Part shown: positions 56,978-64,000 of the stretch, in pieces
Numbering within the stretch: the first letter of the stretch is position 1
How the letters are laid out: every line of letters begins with the position of its first letter
Source of the DNA: a virus
IMG/VR virus record: IMGVR_UViG_3300027792_000011
DNA length: 64,000 bases
Strand: one strand, 5' to 3'
The notes under the pieces: generated by a model
What the model was told of the DNA's origin: nothing
Database searches by the model: none
The model's input: only the letters and a program-made list of their open reading frames with translations
Translations under genes and position numbers: made by a program

Positions 56978-57534
56978 AGAACTCCCCAGATCGTCTCTTC
57001 GATCCCACCCTCTAGCCTAGTCATTTCGCTGTCATCGATCAATTCGTAGAGACCTACCTCTACTCTAGAATCCTCTTCATCGCAATGCTTGAACTGGATC
57101 ACTGAATGGATGTGACTATCATCCACACCGATGGCCTCCATGATAGCGTCGATCAGTAGCTTATTCCTATTGGTGGTGTCTATCTTCTTGTAACGATTCT
57201 GGGCCTTACCTTCTATCCAGCCCTTGTTCTCCGTGTGCTCGAAAAACAGCTTCACTATGAGGAGGTATGGAACGTCCTTGTGGAATTCGATCTTATTCTT
57301 GCTGCGTATGACTAGCTCAGCGATAGCAGAGGCGACTGATCTTTTGTACTTCTTAGCTTCATCCGTAAGGGCTCGTGCTATTCCGCCCTTGCTAGTTCTG
57401 AGGTTGAAGTAGATGCGGTTGTCCGTTGGCGGAAGCGTGAGAACGATGTTGAAGAAGGCTTTCCCTCTCCGCGTTCCCACACTGTCTTCAGGAACATTTC
57501 TAGGAGTCGTCGTCACTGAGAGTGTCCTTCCCAC
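56968..57534 (-). CDS. rusA: RusA-like Holliday junction resolvase
   Basis: LPPTDN, DTTNRNKLLIDAI...DDSHI. Confidence 0.75.
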   Translation of the reverse strand: MGRTLSVTTTPRNVPEDSVGTRRGKAFFNIVLTLPPTDNRIYFNLRTSKGGIARALTDEAKKYKRSVASAIAELVIRSKNKIEFHKDVPYLLIVKLFFEHTENKGWIEGKAQNRYKKIDTTNRNKLLIDAIMEAIGVDDSHIHSVIQFKHCDEEDSRVEVGLYELIDDSEMTRLEGGIEETIWGVLWG

Positions 57535-58114
57535 CTAGTACTTGATCTCTTTTTCTCTTCATGCGCTCGACGTTGTGATCTCTTCGATACTGATCCCACT
57601 CTCTTGTCCTGAACTCGACATCGCGGGATAGTAGTCTGTCACATTTGTCCAACGTGTCACAACGGGCTTCGAGGAAGTCTGCCACTCCCTGCCACTCCAG
57701 CCTTTTCAGGTTCAGCTTCTTGTAGTCGATATTGGTTCGTGACTTCGCTCTTCGTTCTTCGGCAATGCCCTTCGACTGCTTGAACACTTCATCACGCACG
57801 TGTTTGGAGGCCTCTTCATACGCCTCAGCTGTCACGCCTGCTATGGCGCGCATCTCGATAGCATAGGAGTAGATCGATATGATCTCACCACGTTTGTCGG
57901 TGATCTCTTTGTTGGAGATCTCAGATGGATTATCGGGCATCTCTGGAAGCAGAGATCGACCCTTTCTTCGTGGCATAGGAGCAGGATCGAATCCCATCTT
58001 CTGGAGACGTGCGAGTACCTTCTCACGGACGGAAGAATACTCCTTCAGGTCGTCATCCAGACCAATGACCTGCTCGCTCAGGTCGATCTTTGCCGCTTTC
58101 CTTCCTTCAGTCAT
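57500..58114 (-). CDS. UvsY-like recombination mediator (coiled coil)
   Basis: Helical pattern and location in the RecA operon. Confidence 0.45.
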   Translation of the reverse strand: MTEGRKAAKIDLSEQVIGLDDDLKEYSSVREKVLARLQKMGFDPAPMPRRKGRSLLPEMPDNPSEISNKEITDKRGEIISIYSYAIEMRAIAGVTAEAYEEASKHVRDEVFKQSKGIAEERRAKSRTNIDYKKLNLKRLEWQGVADFLEARCDTLDKCDRLLSRDVEFRTREWDQYRRDHNVERMKRKRDQVLGGKDTLSDDDS

Positions 58115-58953
58115 GCGAACCTCGGTTCCATAGTCCTCCTTCTCTGTGATGACAGTCCTCGTGGCTCACACTTCTCCAGATAGGGACATCCGTAGCAGTG
58201 CCTGCCTACCATCTTAGGAGGCTCTTCCATTCTATCGGCGATCCTGAGGATCCTATTTAGTCGTTCAGCGATCGGATTCCAGATCTTCTGCTTCTCGAAT
58301 AGTACAGGTATCGATTTGAAGATCGATTTGTCCTTGTTCACGTAGAAGACAAGGGTGACCGGTATGTCCCCCGTTATCATGTATCCGTGCATCTGCTTCT
58401 CGTAGTCCGATCCAGCACTATCACGAAGAGCTACGAATCCATTATCATTGATCGACTTCCAGTCTATGATCACTCTGATCACCCACTTGACACCTTCGAG
58501 GATGATCTCTCTTTCCATCACACCGTCACAGCTGCCGCATAGACGGTAGTTGTCCGCAACTGGGCTAGTCTTCCATAGTCGAACCTCATCGTCATACACG
58601 AAGTTGTGGTAGATCGCCATCGTGTGCATGTAGTAGTTCATTTGAAGATGGATGACAGTTCCAGTGTCGAAGACGGCCTGCTGTGGCTGCTTTTTCTTTA
58701 CCTCTTCCTCTCCGATCAATTGCAGAAAGAGTCTCATGTCGCAGCTGTATTTGAATGCAGATGGGTGAAAGCGGCAGTGATTACGATCTTCGTTCCACGT
58801 GAACTTGGTGGTCCACTGCATACCCTTCATGGCAGCGGCCTTCGCCCACTCCTGCACCTCTCCCGCAAAGTCCCACTTGCGAAAGAATTCACGGACAGTA
58901 GATCTACCTATTTTTTCAAGGTCGGCTATCGTCTTCAGCTCAATTACTTCCAT
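58111..58953 (-). CDS. Cas4-like PD-(D/E)xK exonuclease with Fe-S cysteines
   Basis: HPSA...C, GTVIH, GSCDG, DWKS, QMHGY, CYGCPY...C. Confidence 0.8.
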   Translation of the reverse strand: MEVIELKTIADLEKIGRSTVREFFRKWDFAGEVQEWAKAAAMKGMQWTTKFTWNEDRNHCRFHPSAFKYSCDMRLFLQLIGEEEVKKKQPQQAVFDTGTVIHLQMNYYMHTMAIYHNFVYDDEVRLWKTSPVADNYRLCGSCDGVMEREIILEGVKWVIRVIIDWKSINDNGFVALRDSAGSDYEKQMHGYMITGDIPVTLVFYVNKDKSIFKSIPVLFEKQKIWNPIAERLNRILRIADRMEEPPKMVGRHCYGCPYLEKCEPRGLSSQRRRTMEPRFA

Positions 58954-59488
58954 TGATCAACTCCAAGAAGTCATCCCAGTCCAGCACAGCTACATTGGAC
59001 TTACCTGTACGAAATCCGATCTTCATGGCTCCAATTCTCCCAGTCCTTTTCGCTTCTGTGATCAACTTTATCGTATCAGCTTCTCTGAGGGTGAACTGTT
59101 TGGCGGCTGTATACTTGTCATCTATCACTAGGTGTTCGTTTCGAGCATCACCTTTGGAGATTCCAGATCCAGATGCTGGTGTAGTCTTACCGCCTATTTC
59201 TTCTGCACAAGCTCGTTCACGCTTACGAGCAGTCTTATTGATCAGACGCTTCTGGCTCTTTGTATTGATCTCTACCACGTCGGATGGCAGTATTACAACG
59301 CTAGGAACTTGATCTTCCAAACACTTGATACACATCTTTACCTGATCCATGCGGTAAAGTTGGACGCTATCATCCGTTTTCGCAACTGACACACAGAGAC
59401 CGTACAAGCCGCCAACGTTATGACAGTTAGTACAAGCTCCATAGCCGAAGCGGGTCAGAGTTGCAGATGCTACAGCCTGTGGAGACAT
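58940..59488 (-). CDS. PD-(D/E)xK resolvase-like nuclease with N-terminal zinc finger
   Basis: RER..A..IGG.TTPASGS..KGD...DDK; CTNC...CIKC. Confidence 0.7.
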   Translation of the reverse strand: MSPQAVASATLTRFGYGACTNCHNVGGLYGLCVSVAKTDDSVQLYRMDQVKMCIKCLEDQVPSVVILPSDVVEINTKSQKRLINKTARKRERACAEEIGGKTTPASGSGISKGDARNEHLVIDDKYTAAKQFTLREADTIKLITEAKRTGRIGAMKIGFRTGKSNVAVLDWDDFLELINGSN

Positions 59489-60738
59489 GAGACTTTTGCC
59501 GCTTCCAGGCATGTGTAGTACATCTTCTCAAATAGACTATGATCCTCGTAGAGAGCGCTCACCAAATCCGCTCCCTTTTCTCCCCAGGGAAGCAATTCAA
59601 GTACAACTTCCCCATCAGGTTTGATCAGATCACGCCGCTGCCCTTGTCGTATCAGCAGTCCCATGGAATCAGCCGTATTTACAGCATCCTGATAGGCGTC
59701 GAAGCCGTGTTTGAAGTAGTAGGCCACTTCTCCTTTCCCGCCTTCATGACAGCCAACCTTGCCCTTCATCACTTCCCACTTGACCCACTTGCCCTCGAGC
59801 GGTTTCTTCCTATCTGCAGGTAGGCGCTCACCTCTGCTAAGAGTGACATCCAGAAGCTTCCCGTGTCTTATGGCCCACGGTCCTTCAACTGTCCACGCCT
59901 TATCGTACGCACCACGCCTATTGCGGTTAGCGCGTACTTGGTTGATCATTATCAAACTTGTCATGTTCATCGTTCCATTGGATGGGTTGGAAAAGCTGTT
60001 CCAGCATAGTCGCATGAAGTCCGACAGCAGAGCCGCAGATGCAGACTGCTTCGGTTCGTCCTCCATGTCAGTCTCCACACGATACTTGCTAACAACCGAT
60101 CCTATAGAATCCAAGACGATGATCTGACATCGGTTTTCACTGATCAAGTCGATCACTGACTGAAGTCTGCGTTCGGTACTACCCTCATCTCCTATGATGA
60201 ACTCGCCAATGCTAGATCGTCTCTTGGCGATGATGTCTTCAGATAGTGGAGCTAGACCCCGCTTCTCGCGCTCCTTGTTCTCGAACATCAGATCCATATC
60301 TGAGGACGGAACGACTACACCATTGATCCGTGCGTGGGGCTTATCATACGGAACTTCGAGCCATACCCACCCTATGCAGGACTGCTCTCCGTACAGCTGT
60401 TGTACCTGCGATATGATCCTGTTGCATAGGGAGTTCTTCCCTATGCCTTCTGGAGCTGCGATTTGAGTCACTCCGCCCGCCGGTATTCCTCCACCTGTGG
60501 CGCAGTCTAGTGAGGCAATGCCGAATGGCCTGCGGAGAAGGAATGGATTACCGGCTTCCGAAGCTCTCTTCAGCACTGTCCTTTTCGCTTGTTTGTTCAC
60601 CCTGGCGACTAGTGCATCCAGCGACATTCCAGACAGGAATATCTCTGTTGGAATCTGGAGTCTGTTGAGATCAAACTGGTCGCCAGGATTCTCGATCTTC
60701 TCGGTCTTCTTGATCTTCTTGGCTTTTCTAGAAGCCAT
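59470..60738 (-). CDS. recA: RecA/UvsX-like recombinase
   Basis: SLD.ATGGGIP.G, APEGIGKN, IIVLDS, INQVR, KGK. Confidence 0.88.
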   Translation of the reverse strand: MASRKAKKIKKTEKIENPGDQFDLNRLQIPTEIFLSGMSLDALVARVNKQAKRTVLKRASEAGNPFLLRRPFGIASLDCATGGGIPAGGVTQIAAPEGIGKNSLCNRIISQVQQLYGEQSCIGWVWLEVPYDKPHARINGVVVPSSDMDLMFENKEREKRGLAPLSEDIIAKRRSSIGEFIIGDEGSTERRLQSVIDLISENRCQIIVLDSIGSVVSKYRVETDMEDEPKQSASAALLSDFMRLCWNSFSNPSNGTMNMTSLIMINQVRANRNRRGAYDKAWTVEGPWAIRHGKLLDVTLSRGERLPADRKKPLEGKWVKWEVMKGKVGCHEGGKGEVAYYFKHGFDAYQDAVNTADSMGLLIRQGQRRDLIKPDGEVVLELLPWGEKGADLVSALYEDHSLFEKMYYTCLEAAKVSCLHRL

Positions 60739-61210
60739 CGCTCTCTCTTCTCTCGAAGGGTTTGCTGCCGTGGATAGGGCAGGCAGGCGGTTTCCCTGCT
60801 AGTTTCTCCCCACACACTGGACAAACTCCAGATGCAGCCGCTTCCTTCACTTTTGGATCTTTCTTTTCAGGTTCGTATCCGTACTTTTCCATGAGCTTTC
60901 CTCCTCTTTTGACTAGTGATAGTTGGAGCGATAGTCGCCATGTCTGACTCGATCTGAATGCGATCTTTACGTACGGTCTGGTCATTTTCAGACCTTGGAT
61001 CTTTGTGTTGTACGCAGGGTGTGGTGGCCGAAAGTAGGGGCGGAAGTCTCCAAAGTTGAGAATACGAACGTTCTCACCTTGTAGAGTAGCCGCTATGATC
61101 GTAACGAAAGCCTCATCGATCACTCTCTTCACGTCGGCCGCTGATAGGCGACTACCGTAGTAAGTAGCTAGAGCATTGTGCACTGCCTTGTATAGACCGT
61201 CTCGTGTCAT
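60728..61210 (-). CDS. HU/IHF-like DNA-binding protein fused to a C-terminal zinc finger
   Basis: GENVRILNFGDF...YN....F pattern; CPVC...CPIH; start 61210 by ATGA overlap with the polymerase stop. Confidence 0.75.
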   Translation of the reverse strand: MTRDGLYKAVHNALATYYGSRLSAADVKRVIDEAFVTIIAATLQGENVRILNFGDFRPYFRPPHPAYNTKIQGLKMTRPYVKIAFRSSQTWRLSLQLSLVKRGGKLMEKYGYEPEKKDPKVKEAAASGVCPVCGEKLAGKPPACPIHGSKPFERRESDGF

Positions 61211-61830
61211 ACTTTTGCTTCCACCCAGTTGTTGCCTATACCAGGTTCTGCCCTCAGCGGAACTCTGAGTGTGATCCAGGGATGTTCCATATGGTACTGA
61301 ACTATCTTGGCAGCCTCCTCTGCATTCTCTTCTGGACACTCACCAACGATCTCGTCATGTATCTGCAGAAGCATTTCGTACCCAAGCTCCTTCAGGCGTT
61401 GATCGTTTTCTATTCTGATCATTGCGCACATACAGATGTCGGCAGCTGTGCCTTGGATGATCGTATTCGGTCCTTGACGATCACCATCACGAGAGAGCTT
61501 GCACTCTGCGCACCAGCACAGATCACGACCTTCTTTGAGCGCTTCCCACCTATGATGCTCCTGATCCTGCCAGTCCATGATGTCTGGTAGCTGGCGACGC
61601 CTTCCAAGATAGGTCTCTACATACTTGGTGTCTGCAATTTTTCGGTAGGTGCCTTTTATAAACTCAGATGCTCCAGGTATCCTCTCGAAGTATCTATTGA
61701 TCAGATCTTGTGCCTTGTTACCTGCTTCGATCTTTACCGTCTTCTTATCCCACTCTGGATGTTCCGCAGCTAGTTCGTCTATGAAGCCGAGTTCTTTGGC
61801 TAGGCTATTCTTCGCCTTCCCATAGTTCAA
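61207..61830 (-). CDS. polA: DNA polymerase family A, exon 2
   Basis: LNYG (motif B end), TYLGRRR, NTIIQGTAADI, motif C QIHDEI. Confidence 0.9.
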   Translation of the reverse strand: MNYGKAKNSLAKELGFIDELAAEHPEWDKKTVKIEAGNKAQDLINRYFERIPGASEFIKGTYRKIADTKYVETYLGRRRQLPDIMDWQDQEHHRWEALKEGRDLCWCAECKLSRDGDRQGPNTIIQGTAADICMCAMIRIENDQRLKELGYEMLLQIHDEIVGECPEENAEEAAKIVQYHMEHPWITLRVPLRAEPGIGNNWVEAKV

Positions 61831-62468
61831 CACGTGATCCCCACATTGCTGTGGGCGCTGACTATCCCTTCGTCTGCTTGCGACGTTTCTTCCAATCCCG
61901 CTCTCGCAGGTTCTTTTCCGGCAGGCATTTGTCACAGCGAGTACTTCGTGGGCCTGTCGGTCGAAACGTGCGACCGCACTGGACGCACTTCTTTGGCTTG
62001 AAATGCACTTCATTAGGCAGGTTATCAATACAGTTGTGGACGAGGACCTGGTGACACCTCTTGCATAGTGGTTCGAGGTTGCCGATGGAATTATTATTCC
62101 GATCCTCGTCTTTATGATGGACGAGCACAGCCTGTTCTCTACAGAGTTGACACACGTGACCGTAATGATCATAGGCCAACTTTTGATAGTAGGCTGGTGA
62201 TCTTCCTCCACGCCAGTGATTGTTCTTCGGTCCTGCCTGTTGATAGTTGCCTTTCCGTTGCATGAGTCCAGATTAGTTGCAGACGCCTGCCGTGTCAACG
62301 AGAGAGGAGGCATGACTAGCCGATCGGATGAACACCGATCTCTCGTTGAGAAGATCATGTAGCTGATCTCCAAGTCGATACACTACGCCTGGCAGCGCAG
62401 CACGGGATTACCCTTGTAGGGCTTCCCCGTTTTGAGCAGGTTTTAGTTCGGCCTGACTCGTCTCGTCC
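61831..62468 (-). mobile_element. Group I intron (IA2-like) in polymerase motif B
   Basis: 5' splice site TTCGGT| pairs with GCCGAA (U.G wobble); P3 CCTGCT/GGCAGG; P7 GACT/AGTC; P8 CGTCTGC/GCAGACG; P9 GCAA tetraloop; terminal G; splicing gives KVVGFG-LNYG. Confidence 0.9.
61862..62263 (-). CDS. Intron-encoded HNH homing endonuclease
   Basis: CQLC...VHHKDEDRNNN...NL..LC..CH; C-terminal CxxC...CxxC. Confidence 0.88.
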   Translation of the reverse strand: MQRKGNYQQAGPKNNHWRGGRSPAYYQKLAYDHYGHVCQLCREQAVLVHHKDEDRNNNSIGNLEPLCKRCHQVLVHNCIDNLPNEVHFKPKKCVQCGRTFRPTGPRSTRCDKCLPEKNLRERDWKKRRKQTKG

Positions 62469-63878
62469 ACCGAAGCCGACTACTTTTATGTACAGTCTTA
62501 GCATACGAAGATGCTTAGCGCGCTCAGAGTGATCATCTTTATTCTTTTTAGCAGCTGTTACATCATCGTAAGGCTCTCCCCATACCAGTTCCACATTGGA
62601 GGTATGTATGTCCTTACCGGCTTTGATATTTCTGATCATACCCTTGTCTTTGGAGAAATGGGCAAGGATGAACATCTCTAGCTGCTCATAGTCAGAAACG
62701 ATCAGTTTCTTTCTGAGACTAGCTATGAATCCGGTCCTGATATCGAAGTCGTCACGAGGTCTGGGCTGGTTCTGAAGATTGGGCTCACGAGAGGATAGTC
62801 TTGCGGTATCAGCTACGTGTTGTGTAAAGGTGGTATGAATACGATCTCTAGCGTCTTTCCTCTCTAGCAATCCATCTATGTACGTGCCGAGAAGCTTGCC
62901 AAGCTCTCGATGTTTCAGAATCAGCTTCGCCTCTTCAACTCCCTCGTCGGCGTAGTGCTGCAGCACACTGGCATCCACAGACGGCTTCTTCTCACCAGAT
63001 GATCCACCACTCGTGAACTTGATGGGCTGTAACTTCAGCTTGTTGAAAAGAAGATCGGATATCTGTGGATTGGAATTGGGATTGATCACAGTTCCGGCGA
63101 GCTTGTTGAGCACCTTTTCCGTACGAGCAATGTCCTCCACTATTTTGGGGCGCATCTCGTTGAAGTACTTGGTGTCGAGTCGTATGCCTCTTCGTTCCAT
63201 GTTGTAGAGCACACGGGTGAATGGCACCTCGAACCACAAGAACACGTCCCACAGAGTACGGCCCGCCCACGTCACAACGTTTTCGAGCTGCTCCTTCAGT
63301 CGATGAAACAGACGAAGCACAGCCCATGCGTCCATACTGGCATAGTCGACCACACGATCTGGGTCCTGCTCGTAAACCTCCGTCAGGATTTCGTACATCT
63401 CCTTGTTGTGCGGCTTACGCGGCTTACCCTTCCTGTCCTTCGGGTAGAACGTTTCGGCAAAGGTAGCCATCCTCTCCCCGAACTCTCGGGTGTAGGAGGA
63501 CTTCAGATCGTGTGGTCGACCTGGATCGACTAGCCTATCCATGGTCAACGTGCACATCAAGTCGCCTGACAACGGAAACCCGCTATTAGCGAGTACGTTG
63601 GCATCGTACTTGATCTGTGAACCAACCCAGGACTTCATCTTGTCACTCAGTACTGGACGAAACTCTTCCAGCATCTGAGACTCCAAGAAGTAGCGGTCGT
63701 CTCCAGTTGAGAGAGACCAGAAGACCACCGTGGCTCGATTGATATCGAGCCCGGTGGTTTCTGTGTCTATCGCCAGCAGGTCGAAATGGGCGAGCTTCTC
63801 CTTCAGCATACGAACGTCTGAAGAAGTCTTGATTACAACTGGATCAGGTCTATCCAAGCTCCACCCATGTCGACGCAT
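62469..63878 (-). CDS. polA: DNA polymerase family A, exon 1 (3'-5' exonuclease plus polymerase N-part)
   Basis: DTETTG, KYD, YASMDA, TARLSSREPNLQN, motif A DYEQLE. Confidence 0.92.
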
Positions 63879-63881
63879 CTT

Positions 63882-64000
63882 CTAATCCTCGTCCCATGCA
63901 CTGGAGCCAGTGCGCGGTCCACCTTCGTTGTCGTCTTCCTTCTCGTGCTTCTCTTCTTCGACCACAGCATCTCGGAACTCTTGAGGCACCTTTAGCCTGT
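63882..64000 (-). CDS. Partial CDS (3' end) with acidic tail, possibly SSB
   Basis: ...EEEKHEKEDDNEGGPRTGSSAWDED*; upstream of the polymerase. Confidence 0.45.
   Translation of the reverse strand, partial: RLKVPQEFRDAVVEEEKHEKEDDNEGGPRTGSSAWDED

Noticed and set aside
58111-58953. Cas4-like gene as evidence of a CRISPR-Cas system
   Set aside because: No repeat-spacer array or other cas genes; solo Cas4-like nucleases are common in phage replication modules
61831-62468. Intein, frameshift or pseudogene explanation for the split polymerase
   Set aside because: No intein terminal motifs, the reading frame is broken, and group I intron pairings restore motif B exactly
1-64000. Alternative genetic code
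   Set aside because: Long ORFs are intact in the standard code, and TAA, TAG and TGA all end genes at operon junctions
1-64000. tRNA, rRNA, integrase or transposase genes
   Set aside because: None recognisable by eye; intergenic spaces are short

Overview
This 64 kb window is a gene-dense segment of a large contractile-tailed dsDNA bacteriophage, probably jumbo-sized, at roughly 50% GC. I found no rRNA, tRNA or CRISPR array. Layout: (1) 1-11.6 kb is an accessory region with an atypical RNase HII, a tail-chaperone pair joined by a -1 frameshift, GroES, zinc-finger proteins and a WGR-type ATP-dependent DNA ligase. (2) 11.7-55.5 kb on the + strand is a virion module: tape measure, hub, baseplate, beta-helix tailspike and membrane/lysis genes. 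It also contains a ~1530-aa polyvalent protein (zincin-like, SNF2, Nudix, LigD-type phosphoesterase and DNA ligase domains) followed by a sigma70-family factor. (3) 55.6-64 kb on the - strand is a replication/recombination operon: family A DNA polymerase split by a group I intron carrying an HNH endonuclease, HU, RecA, two resolvase-like nucleases, a Cas4-like exonuclease and a UvsY-like protein. Best candidates for new biology: a recurring [DE]-L-x-K-x-A motif that punctuates the polyvalent protein and precedes the sigma factor, possibly a capsid-packaging or processing code; a non-canonical YGKTATAAG promoter family, three copies of which precede short structured non-coding RNAs, two of them apparently homologous; and an apparent absence of TTAA. 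All calls come from manual motif reading; no database searches were run.
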